The position numbers and the translations under genes are program-made. Positions 39,251 to 52,381 of a DNA stretch of 64,000 nt are shown piece after piece (the first letter of the stretch is position 1; every line of letters begins with the position of its first letter). The DNA lies in contig NC_043003.1 in NCBI RefSeq assembly GCF_006345805.1, forward strand, positions 85,312,001 through 85,376,000, given 5' to 3'. A model generated the notes under the pieces. That model was not told the origin of the DNA, made no database searches, and saw only the letters and a program-made list of their open reading frames with translations. This DNA comes from Octopus sinensis. Taxonomy: Eukaryota.

Positions 39251-39960
39251 GAAAAAGGTGAGGGTAGAAAAGGAAATACTCCCTTCTAGTTGTGAGTTTA
39301 GCGAAAGGTAGATGAAAGTGACACAACTGGTGAATCTGAATTGGCCTACTCTGAGTATGCTTTGCTAAGTAAGAGGAAATAAACTGCGAGAAGGTATTTC
39401 GATACCTTGGAGACGGTAGTAATGAGTGGGATTTCCCTCGAATTACACTCGGCGGACCGCCCCGCAATTTGGACTTTTATTTATTTATTTATTCATTTAT
39501 CTATTTATTCATTTATCTGAATTCTATTCTTATATCATACGCTTATTGTTATTGATTCTCTCTTGGTCGATGTAACCCCACCCCACTCCCATATTTATGT
39601 GTTGTATTTCGGTCCTTTGATATTGTCTTCAATATCCTGAGTCATTGTGACCAATAAAGAAATTATCATCATCGTCGTCGTCGTCGTCAGCATCATCATC
39701 ATCATCATTAATGTTGCAGAGAATCAGAAATGGTATCTAGTTAAGACCTTTTTAAGTTCTGATTTGAAATCACGCTGGAGATTGACTTTGCCTTTTACTC
39801 TTCCTGTGTCAAGCAATACTTTTGTCAGAAAAGATCTGGCGCTGATGTACTATGAGTAAAATACTTCGACGGTCAATCCAGCACACAATCGACACGCTAA
39901 TCTACTAACACAGCATACATGTAAATATATGTAGGTGCGTGTCAGAGTGCATGCGTGAGC

Positions 39961-40050
39961 GCGTGAATGCACGTGAGTGCGTGAATGCACGTGAGTGCGT
40001 GAATGCACGTGAGTGCGTGAATGCACGTGAGTGCGTGAATGCACGCGAGT
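39961..40050. repeat. 18-bp minisatellite, 5 copies
   Basis: (gcgtgaatgcacgtgagt)n. Confidence 0.92.
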
Positions 40051-40349
40051 GTGTACGTGTTTGTATGCTTGTAGTCTGTTTCGTTTATGCACGTGTATCC
40101 TTGAATCTGAACCAAAGTTTTAATCTTGTTCATTATCATTAAATTTGCAGATTTAACATCCACTCGGCTCCTATCCCAGGTAACTATAGCTTAACAACAA
40201 CTAGCAGACATGTTGATTCAATTACCAGATATAAAAGCGCTGTGAAAATGCTGCTTCCCATACGTTTGACGGGAAAAGTGTAAGTTCAGGTTCCTTATAA
40301 ATTTTTGTCACCAATGTTGTTGTTGTTGTTGTTGTTGTTGTTTAGCTCA

Positions 40350-40715
40350 AGGTCAGGCTCCATTCACCCTATGAGAGAGCATTGTTAGAAATTACAATGA
40401 TCAGCTCGTTGATAGACAGAGCGAAGAACGTTGGAGACAAGACCAACCCTTGCATGTAGCGACACCATTTGTGATAAGAGTGTAAGTCTAAATTTAACAG
40501 CTAACTTCCGGAGCAAGAGATTGTATGAAGACAGATGAATCTCATATTTGTTGAGAGTTTCTGAGAAGATTCTGTCAAATGCTTTGCAGATGCCAAATGA
40601 AGAAATATTCTTTCTTCGGATTTATCAAGCATGTGCGACTCCTGATGAATGACATAGGCGGTCAGCTGTCCAGAAGATTTAACTGAAAATCGTAGAGATG
40701 CTTTCTTAGTGTGGT
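40350..40715 (-). mobile_element. Decayed LINE RT fragment (CR1/L2/Jockey-like)
   Basis: Minus strand GICKAFDRI resembles the RT D-x-x-KAFD motif. Confidence 0.5.
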
Positions 40716-40941
40716 GTGGAGAAAGATGAGGGATGAGGTAAGAAGGTGGAGAGATGGGGAGAGAGAAAGAGAATAGAAAGGAGGGAGACGGGAGGATGGC
40801 AGGAGGAAAATGGAAAGGAAGGAGAAAGGAGGAGTAGAAAGAGAGGAGGAGGAGGAAAAGAGGAGTGAGGGAGAGAAATAGAAATTCAAGAAACGGTGAT
40901 TGTTATTGACTGTTTCAATTACTTATGGTGTTTCATAAGTG

Positions 40942-42108
40942 AAGTATCGATTTCGTTTCTGAATTTTTTTTTTGAAATTGAAGCGTTTAGTTTATACTTA
41001 TTTTGCACTATCATTAAAAAATGTCCCCTTTACGGAAAAGTAATCGAATGTAATAATTCCTATTTATGCATTTTAACTTTTGTCCTACTTCTGTCAACTT
41101 GTATTAATCATGTTAATAGTCGCTTCACATAATCCAATAAATTATTGCATGTGTCGATAATTGGCAGGTTCAGAAAGGTTACTTTGCGGAACGGACACAC
41201 CTGCATGGTATATACCGAAGATTAGGATAAATTCCTGTAGAAAATAGAGATTAAAGTATTTGTCTAGATTAAGGGGCTAGCTGCAACACACCATGGAAGT
41301 AAAGCTGGGGCAAAGATCTCATTGGTTTTGAAACAACCAGGATATACTTTCGCACTTCACAAATATGTGAATGTGTTAGTGAGACTGGCAGGATGCAGAA
41401 AGGAATATTTGAGGACGGCGAGCTGGCAGAATCGTTAGCACGCAGAATCGTTAGCACGCCGGGCGAAATGCGTAGCCGTATTTCGTCTGCCGTTACATTC
41501 TGAGTTCAAATTCCGCCGAGGTTGACTTTGCCTTTCATCCTTTCGGGGTCGATAAATTAAGTACCTGTTACGCACTGGGGGTCGATGTAATCGACTTAAT
41601 CCGTTTGTCTGTCCTTGTTTGTCCCCTCTATGTTTAGCCCCTTGTGGGTAGTAAAGAAATAAGGAATATTTGAGGACTCTTCTCAAGCTGCAGGTGAAGT
41701 GGCACAAAATGGGAGACCTTTCGCTGCAGAAGTGTTGCTTACGTTAAGGAATATGATTACTGAAAATCAATAAGGTTTTTTTTAGCAAGCATCCAAAAGA
41801 ATTGGATGAAATTCGAGATGGAGAAGAGCTTGCAGACCGTAAGTATTAGTAGTCACATTAGATTTAGATTGAAACGCATAACAGAAGAGTACCACACATA
41901 TGCTATAATTAATTGGATTGTGTGAAGCGACTATCAACATGATTAGTACAAGTTGACAGAAGTAGGATAAAAGTTAAAATGCATAAATAGGAATTATTAC
42001 ATTCGATTACTTTTCCGTAAAGGGGACATATTTTAACAATAGTGCAAAATAAGTATAAACTAAACGCTTCAATTTCAAAAAAAAAATTCAGAAACGAAAT
42101 CGATACTT
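40942..42108. repeat. Long inverted repeat (arms about 209 bp), MITE/foldback-like
   Basis: 40942-41150 is the near reverse complement of 41900-42108; no clear TSD. Confidence 0.85.
41417..41660 (+). mobile_element. SINE family A, young copy with 17-bp TSD
   Basis: aaggaatatttgaggac at 41400-41416 and 41661-41677; short tandem duplication cagaatcgttagcacg in the head. Confidence 0.93.
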
Positions 42109-42612
42109 GATAAAAATGGAAATAAATAAATCGAAGAAATTTAAATTTGATTTATTTTATTTTACTTGATTTAGTCAAGGGATCATTCCAGAGCCTCCGG
42201 GAACTTCGGAGTCACAAAAGAAAATTATTCAGCTATTTTAAACGTATACTTGCAAGAGAGTGGGCTGTGCTAAAGGTACCTAACATAAAAATGAATCAGC
42301 AGAATCTAGAATTATCACTAATGCTGCTGTTTTTGTTAAATAATCTCAGTTCAAATCTAATCAAGTATACTTTTTCTTCAAGAGGCATTCCACCTGTAAC
42401 AATTTCATCACTTTTCTTTGTCAGGTACAGTGTATATAGGATCGCATTATCTAGCGTAACCTTCTTTTTCTAAAACAGAGGTTTGTAAATTTTAGTGAGG
42501 TTTGAAGGTTAAGCGACCACAAAACAGTTCCCTTATTGGTTGTGATTAGTTGGCTCAGACTTGACATCTCTAATGTTTGACAGTAACTGTACTTCATTGA
42601 TTTCTTTTTCAG

Positions 42613-42774
42613 CGAGGGACTCATACCAACACATAAAGTAGGATTGTTTTCATTTGCCTATATCACATGGTTTACAAAGAAGCTTTTCGACTTCTTTCGC
42701 AAGCAAAGGAAAGGAGAAATGGCCAGTATATTGATTTGCGGTAAAGAAGATAGCTGTGAGAAAACAATTCCAAG
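42613..42774 (+). CDS. ABCC5: ABCC5/MRP5-like ABC transporter exon (lasso/L0 region)
   Basis: tttctttttcAG acceptor, AG|GTATAA donor; EGLIPTHKVGLFSFAYITWFTKKLFDFF...EDSCEKTIP-R matches the ABCC P-x-x-x-(A/V)GLFS-x-x-x-x-(S/T)W motif; phase 2/2. Confidence 0.88.
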
Positions 42775-42910
42775 GTATAAAACGTTGAAATTCATTATGC
42801 TGTAGAGCTTATGATGGTTGTGTATATGCACATATATACGTGTGTGTGTGTGAGTGTATGTGTGTGTGTGTGTGTGTATGAGTGTCTGTATATATATGCA
42901 AATATATATG

Positions 42911-42944
<34 letters not shown>

Positions 42945-42972
42945 CATACATACATACATACATACATAGATG

Positions 42973-43050
<78 letters not shown>

Positions 43051-44256
43051 CAGACAGATAGATAGATTCTATTTTATTATACATATTATATGTATTAAAA
43101 GAGGGGCAGGTACTTGTTAACGGCAACAATTATTTATAAGTTAGTTATACAGAAGTATAATTATAATTAAGAAGAAAAACAGAAAAAAAACAGGATGACA
43201 GAGGTTCACAGTAGTTCTTTATATATAGATGGACCTCAGGCAAGTTCTTCGAAATTTATAATTCTCATTGTGTCTTTGTGTACATACTTATTTTTTAGTT
43301 ACACTTCAGCGTTTGAAGCTGTTGAATTTGTTCCTCTTAGACATGGCCTGGACCAATCTTTGGTCGAAACATATCTAAGTTTTATCTAAGTTTTATAAGA
43401 TATACTTTCTAAACCATTCGACAAGAGCTAGAGTCATTTTGTTTATTTTTTGTAGTTGTCTCATAATGTTTAATGAAACAGTTTGAAGTCTTCTAAATTA
43501 ACCAGCAGCTTTTCTACGTTCTTACTGCAGCAGCGTCTCTACATAGTTGTTCTGTCTGTTTCTTTATTTTTATTTGAAAGTTCTTTCTGCTTTCTTAATG
43601 CTCAACATTTGGAAGGATTTCTTCATCATTTGTGTAGCCTGAACATTCTTTTGTGGTATGTTGCTGCTATACTATAGAATAATGACACTAAAATTTGATT
43701 TGATTTCTTTTCCACTAAGACCAATGAAAAAGATTTCTCTCCAAATTTTCAGACAAGGTCTCCACTTGCTGGAATTTTGTTTAATTTTTGCATTTGAAAG
43801 TTTACTCTGCAATCTTCATTGTCTCATAATGTTCATAAATTTAGTTGATTCGCCTGGCATCGTAACAGTCATACTCCTTTAGCGTACATTCTTCCGCAGT
43901 ATTTGTAGTCTACGCTATGAAATGACCTGATCTGGGTTAGGATCAGAGTTAAGAATACTTTGAAGGTACAGACTGAAAATACAGAAATCCAAAATGTGTT
44001 AGTTGCTGTTCGTGTCTACACAAGAAATGTTGAATCATACTTGTATTTTGGGAGTGATAAATACTTCAACTTTTTCAACAATAACTCCGTCATTCTTGAA
44101 GGCTCGGCTACTCTAGTACTCTAATATCACAGATAAGAAAGAGGAGAGTCCGGTCAATTCTTCATAAGTAAGTCGATATTCGGAGAGTTCATACTCTAAC
44201 GTATCATAGGATAACAGAAGGGGAAATCCGAGCTCTCTTTTCCCCTCTCATCTGAT

Positions 44257-44311
<55 letters not shown>

Positions 44312-44426
44312 ATATATATATATATATATTCCTCTCTTCTCTTGTCGTAGGTTTTACTGAAGCACTAGAAACAAATTGAATTCTTTATTTCTTTTTACTT
44401 TGCATTTTGCTTCTTTTTTCTTTTAG

Positions 44427-44574
44427 GCTGAAACAAATCTGGCTTGAAGAACTTTCGAAAAAGGGACCAGAAAATGCTTCGTTTAACAAAGCAGTCATAC
44501 GTTTTGCCCGAACCCGAATCATTATGGCAATAATATTCATTTGCTTCAACGCAATTATATCGTTCCTCGCAGCC
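44427..44574 (+). CDS. ABCC5: ABCC5-like exon
   Basis: Polypyrimidine-TAG acceptor, GTAAGT donor; RLKQIWLEELSKKGPENASFNKAVIRFARTRIIMAIIFICFNAIISFLAA resembles ABCC5 RLERLWQEELNEVGPDAASL...FCRTRL; phase 2/0. Confidence 0.93.
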
Positions 44575-45156
44575 GTAAGTGAAACATTTTTATAATTGAT
44601 GTTCTTGTTGCTGCTCTTGTTGTTACTCTTGCTGTTGCTGCTGCCGCTACCGCTCTTACTGCTACCACTGCTGTTGTTGTTGTTTACATCTTAAATCAGA
44701 TCAAATAACTGAACGAGCAAAATTATGGACTAAATGCATTCTACCAGGATCACCTTGTCATTTTAGGACCAGATACTGCAACAGCCTGGGTTCCAAGAGG
44801 CCCCACAGCTTTTCACAATATCCTTCCAAAAATCCTAGGAGACCAATATAGGTTGGCTGTATTTATGTTCAAAATAAGACTGGGTCTCCTCCTGCCAAGA
44901 GTTCCAGATTAACCTAATTCACGGCAAGAAACGCAGCAACATCAAACTCTCATTCACTAAATGCCACATATCAGAAGATATTTTAAGTAGTGAAAGTGTA
45001 GCAAAGCTAACGGCGATGCCCCAGCATGGACGTAGGTCTTGAACTGAAAATAGTAAGGAAAAAGAAAAAACACAAACAAAACACAAAATTCATCAATACT
45101 TTGGAAAGTTTCAAATTTCTTTAAAAATTTCTTATTTTTTTCACTTTTATTTGTAG

Positions 45157-45304
45157 AGCTTCCTTATAAGACTCTTCGTTCAATATCTAGAGTCACCTGA
45201 CCAAACTGTAACCACAGGACTCATTCTAGCGACAGCATTAACAGTATGCCACTTTATTCGAAATTTTACTTATTCATTCATATGGTGCACCAACTTTGTT
45301 ACTG
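45157..45304 (+). CDS. ABCC5: ABCC5-like exon (TMD1)
   Basis: ttttatttgtAG acceptor, G|GTAAGT donor; SFLIRLFVQYLESPDQTVTTGLILATALTVCHFIRNFTYSFIWCTNFVT-G; phase 0/1. Confidence 0.92.
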
Positions 45305-45397
45305 GTAAGTGCCTTTCGGTTTTAGTGATGTTTGTTTTCTATAAGGAAGCATGAAGCGAAATGTTCAAGTAAATTGATAATGATCTAATAAGTTGTG

Positions 45398-45842
45398 ACT
45401 CTTTACTCTTTACTCTTTTACTTGTTTCAGTCATTTGACTGCGGTCATGCTGGAGCACCGCCTTTAGTCAAGCAAATTGACCCCGGGACTTATTCTTTGT
45501 AAGCCCAGTACTTATTCTATCGGTCTCTTTTGCCGAACCGCTAAGTGACGAGGACGTAAACACACCAGCATCGGTTGTCAAGCAATGCTAGGGGGACAAA
45601 CACAGACACACAAACACACACACACATACATACATATATCATCATCATCATATATATATATATATATATACATATATACAACAGGCTTCTTTCAGTTTCC
45701 GTCTACCAAATCCACTCACAAGGCATTGGTCGGCCCGGGGCTATAGCAGAAGACACTTGCCCAAGATGCCACGCAGTGGGACTGAACCCGGAACCATGTG
45801 GCTGGTTAGCAAGCTACTTACCACACAGCCACTCCTGTGCCT
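45398..45842 (-). mobile_element. SINE family B, full length, intronic
   Basis: Complete reverse-complement match to family B. Confidence 0.92.
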
Positions 45843-46630
45843 ATATTTTATAGTGACGTCAATATTTTACAATTGCTGGTGTCAAATTAAAGCAATTGCG
45901 GGAGAGTGGATAAATTGATTGCATCAACCCCAGTGTTTAACTGGTACTCATTTTATCGACCTCGAAGGGATGAAAGACAAAGTTGGCTTCGGCGGAATTT
46001 GAACTCAGTACATAATGACGGACGAAATGCCGCTAAGCATTTTGCCCAGCGTGCTAACGGTTTTGCTAACCGTCTTAAAGTAAACTAAAATATTGAAAAT
46101 TGGGATAATTATTTACTGTGGACAGTAAATAATCCTGTCTTCCATTGAGACAGAGTCGTACAATTTGAAAGAAGACTAAACTTCACATAATCGGTTCCAG
46201 TACATTAGATACATTAATTTATCGTCCCTTTTCCATTCGCAGAATGTTGTAAAACAAAGACAAAACCTTTCTGGAAGCTAAATTCAAAATGTAAAGAGAC
46301 TGTAAAACTTTTTGTCCGAGGACATCCCAAGTCTGCTAATCCACTATCCTTTCTCTCACCTAAATATTGATTTCTCATATAAGCGCAAAACCACATACAT
46401 AACGGGAGTGTCGTGGGATGGGCACAGTCGATTTGTATCCAGTCTTTGATTGGTGCTTTATTTTATCTCCTCTGTAGGGATGAACCGTAAAATCAATATC
46501 GATAGGATTTGAACTCAGAATGTAATTAGCCGTAATTAAATGCCACAAAAAGTTTTGACCAGCGATCTACCGACTCAGTTAAGTTACCGCCATCGTGCCG
46601 CATGTGTGTGTGCGTGTGTGTGTGTGTGTG

Positions 46631-49160
46631 ATTGTCCAGTTTTATTTCAAGATTTTTTGCCAATAGAGAAAGAGCTGGTTTCTAACCTAGATTCAAGGCT
46701 TCATTGGAATTTCAACATCAACAACAGGATATTTTTGTATGTATGTATGTATGTATGTATGTATGTATGTATGTATGTATGTATATATGTATGTGTGCAG
46801 ATTTGTATGTTTTGCTTTATGTATGTATTTTCATGCGTATAGTTGCATATCTAGACATGCTCATATATATTTAAATGAGAAACTTCTGGTAAGTGTCACA
46901 GGTTTTTACAGTTCACTGATGGATTGGATCTGTAGTCTTCGAATTAGCTTTCTCCTTTCTGGTTTTGAGAAGCTTAATTTCTCAAGATTGGTACTTAGGC
47001 AGTGCGTTACATATCCCAGGGCCCCAATGACTACAGGTATAAACCTGAACTTGTAATCTGGATAGAGTATCTGCTGATTTCTCAATAGTTCAGTGTAGGT
47101 GTCTCTTTTTCATTGATCTTCAGCTTTATGTTAACATCCGCTGGACAGCTAATTTCCACAACTGTGTACAGTTAGTTTCTCTTCTCCATCCCAAATCATT
47201 ATATCAGGCATGTTGTGCTTATACTTTATTGAGGTCTTCACTGGAACATCCACCACTACTCCTTTTTTATTATGAGTGGCTATGGCTTCTACCATACAGT
47301 GAGTTCTTATTTCTTTGTCCTCGGGGTTATCCTTCCGACGGATTTCATTATAATGTCCTAGATTCATCATGTCGCATTGGTAGATAATACCATGATGACA
47401 TTTTCGGACACCTGCTTATGATGTGGATGATATCTTCTGTGTTAACTCCTCCACAAAGTCTGCATTGGTTGTCACATTTTACTATTTTTTCTGCATCTGT
47501 ATCCCTTTTGTGCATCAGGTATTTTGTTGATATTTCCTATACCTGGATTGCGAACGCAAACCCTTCAAAGTCGGAGGTAGTAAACTGTCTATTTGTCCAT
47601 GATAAACTGCTTTGATTATAGATGTTACAATCATCTCGGAGCTTTTTACTAACATATCCATGCATAGTCTTCAGCTGATATAGGCTCATCCTTTCATCTG
47701 ATAATACGTTGCGGTTGAGTCGCGCGACTTCTTTGGGCTTGTATTCTAGATTATCAGACAAATAATGTTGCTCAAGGAGCTGCCGTCCAAGTCTTATGAT
47801 GTTATCAGCCTCGTGTATGCAGACTTGGTCAAAGGATGCACTTCAATACTTGGTGGTTAAAAGATGATGCCAAAGGGATATGATATGACATTCAAAGGCA
47901 TTTTGGATCGATGTTAAGCCTATGCTGCCTTGTTTTTGTTTTAGGTAGAGGCGGTCTACGTCACTGTTTATGTGTAAATTATGTGTGCTTGTTAGTATTT
48001 TTCGGGTTTTCACACCAATGGCTCGGATCTCATCAAGCGTCCAATCAAACAGCCCCAAATGTTGGTATGAGTATTGGCACTGCAAACACATTGTGGGCTA
48101 CTGTTTTATTGAATGCAGAGACTTCTGAGGTTCGAATTTTCATTATTTGGCTATAATATTCTTTAGTGATACGTATTCTGTTACAGGTGCCATTGTAAGA
48201 TATGTTTTCATTCACCCCTAGATACTTGTAACATTCCTCATCATATATAGGGAGAACAGTCGAATCCCTGATGCAGATATTACTAGTTAGGTTTATAGTT
48301 TCCCCACTTTTCACAATCATATAATAACATTTATCCTGCCCAAACTCTAACTCTACATCCTTTCAGAATGTTTTAATTAGGTCAATGCTCTTTTTCATAT
48401 GCTTTGCATAAAGTTTTAAGTCACCATCAAAGAAACAGTATGTAATTTTGGTATTTCTGCTTCCTTGTGAATCAGTGACATATCCTTAAGACTTCCTTAA
48501 CATGAATGACAAGGGGTTTAAAGAAAGTATAAACAACATCACAGAGAAGCTGTCTCTTTGGAATATGCCTTTGTGATACTGTATTCTGTCAGTGATAATG
48601 CAATCACTCGTTGTGTTTAATTTCAAGATGGCAGCCCACGATGAAGTCAGGTCAGCTATGGCTTTGGAACTCCAGCAAGTTGAAGGGCTTCTAGCATCGA
48701 TGAGTGGGGAAACAGAGTCAAAGGCTTTCTTGTAGGCTAGCCACTTTGGAACTAGGTTCTTCCTATACTCTCGTACCTCTGGCATCACAGTTGATTAACA
48801 ATTGCTCGGGCCATCCCCAGACTCCCGTGTTCCCAGCTGCTTGTTCTGATGTGATGATGTTATTGGTTTCACAATGGTCCTGGAGGAAATGGTTTATACA
48901 TTAAGTTCTGGCATGCAACTGGCCGGTAGTTTTTTGCCATGTGAGTGGTTCTGCATTTGGGGATCAATTTTGTTTCTGATAGAACTAACAAGTGTGGTAT
49001 GCTACTGTTCCCAGTGAGAGCTTGCTGGTACAGATTGAAAAGATATGATCGGTAGAATGTTAGCTTCTGTACCAATATCCAAAAGTCAAGACTCTTCCAG
49101 GTGCTTTGCCATCCTGGAGTTTCTGAATCACAGTTGCAAGAGTTTCACCATCAATGTTGC
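46631..49160 (-). mobile_element. RLE-type LINE 3' part (distinct family), intronic antisense
   Basis: KNYRPVACQNLMYK, YKKAFDSV, GIFQRDSFSVMLFILSLNPLS, YKYLGV, EGFAFAIQ, KHNMPDIMIWD; flanked by (TG)n and (TATG)n. Confidence 0.9.
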
Positions 49161-49329
49161 ATGTCTTGGATTTCTATAACATGCATATGTATGTATGTAT
49201 GCATGTATGCATGTATGTATGTATGTATGTATGTATGTATGTATGTATGTATGTATGTATGTATGTATGAATGTATGTATGTGTGTGTGTGTATCGAGTA
49301 ATCGACCAGATTATTGGATGTTATACATC

Positions 49330-49535
49330 CTTTTAGCTTTCGGATGAAAGGGTAACACTCTCCCTGTTTAGGATACTAGTCCGTCGCAGAGTTACCCATT
49401 TACATTTAAGTGGACTGAAGCACCTTGAAAAAAGTGTTTTGCTCAAGAACACTACGCCCAGCCGGTTTCGAAATCGAAACCATGATCTCACGATCGTGAG
49501 GGCAATACACTTATCCACTAGCCGACGCGCCTTCA
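49330..49535 (-). mobile_element. tRNA-derived SINE with CORE-like and V-domain-like segments
   Basis: Minus strand ggcgcgtcggctagtggataag...ggtttcgatt...gtgttcttgagcaaaacact...ctgcgacggactagtatcc. Confidence 0.6.
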
Positions 49536-49795
49536 TGTGTGCGTGCGTGCGTGTGTGTGTGTGTGCGTGTGTGTGTGTGTGCGTGTGTGTGTGTGTGCGT
49601 GCGTGTGTGTGCTAGTGTGTGTGTGTGCGTGTGTCTGTGTGTGTGTAGATATATGAGATACATATGCATATATGTACATACAGGTATGTGTTTGTGTGTC
49701 TGTGTGGATTATATATACATGTATATATATATATAATATAATATATATATATATATATTATATATATATATATATTATATATATATATATGTATG

Positions 49796-49883
<88 letters not shown>

Positions 49884-50152
49884 ACGCTTGTACGAGCAAC
49901 TAGAGTATTATATATTTAGCGAGTTCTTGTTGGGTTACCTTTCCAAATTCAAGTTCTCCATCAGATTTAGTAGGCTATGGATGGAAAACCACTTCGGTAT
50001 CTTCTGCCCCTAGGGAAATCCTGAAATTCTCTTAGTGTCAAAAATCGATAGTAATCAGTTAAAAATGCCAATAATATTTTTCCACTTAAAACATTTTAAT
50101 TTTATAGTGAGTTGTAATGAAAATGACTAGAGCTTTGTTAATTTTTTTTCAG

Positions 50153-50238
50153 GACATCGTGTTCGAAATAGCTGCCTCGGTTTGATGTACGATAAAGTGC
50201 TGAGGCTGCAAAATATAGGTAGTAAACAGATGGGTGAG
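50153..50238 (+). CDS. ABCC5: ABCC5-like exon (TMD1)
   Basis: ttttttttcAG acceptor, GAG|GTAAGT donor; G-HRVRNSCLGLMYDKVLRLQNIGSKQMGE fits the ABCC G-x-R...Y-x-K-x-L-R-L...GE motif; phase 1/0. Confidence 0.93.
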
Positions 50239-50729
50239 GTAAGTTTTTCTTAAACATCATAGTATTTACAACAAATCAGAATGCGTATTGAACATTATGA
50301 CAGATCAGGTTTAATAGTTGTTGCGTTTGCTATATTTCCGGTCATAGGATTGAAATTATATATATATATATATATATAAATTAGAAAAAAAACACCTTTT
50401 ATCAATTCAAAATGGACAATTAAATTACACCATCAAGAAAATTGCATATAATAGAAATATTACCATTAAAATAACAATAAAATGTCAAAGATTAAGTAAA
50501 TTGCAAAAAAATAATAATAATAACTTATATAAATTGTTATTCTACAATTGATAAAAGGTGGGTTTTTTTCTAATTTTATATATATATATATAATTATATT
50601 GTGTGAAATTTGATTTAGTACCTCTAAATTGAATTTTTTTCCTTGTAAGTTTTGGATTTTATTCCCTCAAATATTAATTATATATATATATATATATATG
50701 ATAATCCCTGACTATTTGTTCTGTGTATA

Positions 50730-51989
50730 CAGGTGTTGGACAAAATAATGGAAACACCTTAAAATTTCAAACAAAATAATTTTAATATGGCAACAATTAC
50801 AGCTTGAATTCTGCGAGGTATGGACTCGTGCAAAGTTTGAATTGTTTCCAAAGTAATTTTTGTCCATTCTTCAGCTAAAACAGTCTCCAGTTCTTGTTGT
50901 GATGATGGTGGACGATATTGACTCCTTACTTGTTTTTCTAAAATGCACCATAAATGTTCAATAATATTAAGATCTGGGGACTGTGCTGGCCAGATAAGAT
51001 GTTCAACTTCACTAGAATGTTCCTCGTACCATTCAGTAACAACTTTTGGCTGTGTGAATTGATGCATTATTATCCTGAAAGATTGCGTTTCCCTCCGGGA
51101 ACAGTTCCGGTACTATAGGATGAATTTAATCAGATAAAATGCTTAAATAGCCTTGACTATTAATTCCCATGAAGGGAAACCATTCGGCCAGCGGATTTCC
51201 AGTCCCCACCCCACCCCCAGGTCATCACAGATCCTCCTCCATGTTTAACAGTTGAAAGAAGGCAGTCTGGGTCAGATGCTTCTTTTGACTGTCTCCACAC
51301 GTATACTCGACCGGTGGTCGGAAATAAGGTAAAGGAGGACTCGCCCGAGAAAATAACATTCTTCCACTGCCCTAGGGACCAATTCTGTAGGTCTTTACTA
51401 CACTCTAAACGCTTTGCAATCTTTGTTTTTGAAATAGGGGTTTTCTGATTGCATCCCTCCTGTAAAATCCGGCTTTGTGCAGCTCCCAGCGAACAGTTTT
51501 TGTGGAAACTGGGTTCTCGAGGTTGTCATTAAGCTCTGCAGTAATTTTGGAAGCTGTACTTTTGTGATCCTTTCTAACAATTCGCGTAAGAGTCCGACGG
51601 TCCCTATCTGAAAGTTTTGGTTTTCTTCCCGAGTTTTGTTTCGACGAAGAGGTTCTTCCCTCTTTCTCAAAGGCTGTCATTACTTTCGAGACAGTACTTC
51701 TTGATACACCAAACATTTCGGCTGTTTTTCGTTACGCTGGCGCCTGCCATACGGGCACCAACAATTTGACCTCTTTGAAAGTCTGATAGATCTGTCATTT
51801 TAATGAATTTTAATCACCTTTTTTCTGACGATATCTGAAAAGAAACAGCAATTTTAGCAAAACATATTAAGCAATACTAATAATAAATCAAAAAACATAA
51901 AAAATAAACAAGGTTTTGACGGTTTTACAGATATTTCAAAATTATGATGCTATCATGCTAGGTGTTTCCATTATTTTGTCCAACCCTTG
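50730..51989 (-). mobile_element. Tc1-family (DD34E) transposon, full length, inactive
   Basis: 30-bp TIRs caggtgttggacaaaataatggaaacacct (2 mismatches), TA TSD. Transposase from ATG 51798 has HTH (FGVSRSTVSKV), GRKPKLSDRDRR and WPAQSPDLNIIEHLW; frameshifts, and the first catalytic D is mutated (FSGES). Confidence 0.95.
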
Positions 51990-52023
51990 TATGTATGTAT
52001 GTATGCATGTATGTATGTATGTA

Positions 52024-52138
<115 letters not shown>

Positions 52139-52215
52139 GATATATATATATATAATATATATATATATACATGCATACATACATACATACATACATACAT
52201 ACATACATACATACA

Positions 52216-52251
<36 letters not shown>

Positions 52252-52345
52252 CACAGGGGGATGTTTATGTACATATATGTGTTAGAGTAGTGTATATGTG
52301 TGTGTGCATATTCATATGTATCTATATATGAGTGTTTGATTGACG

Positions 52346-52381
<36 letters not shown>

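Noticed and set aside
50376-50580. Short AT-rich inverted repeat
   Set aside because: Low complexity with arms of only about 30 bp; cannot be classified.
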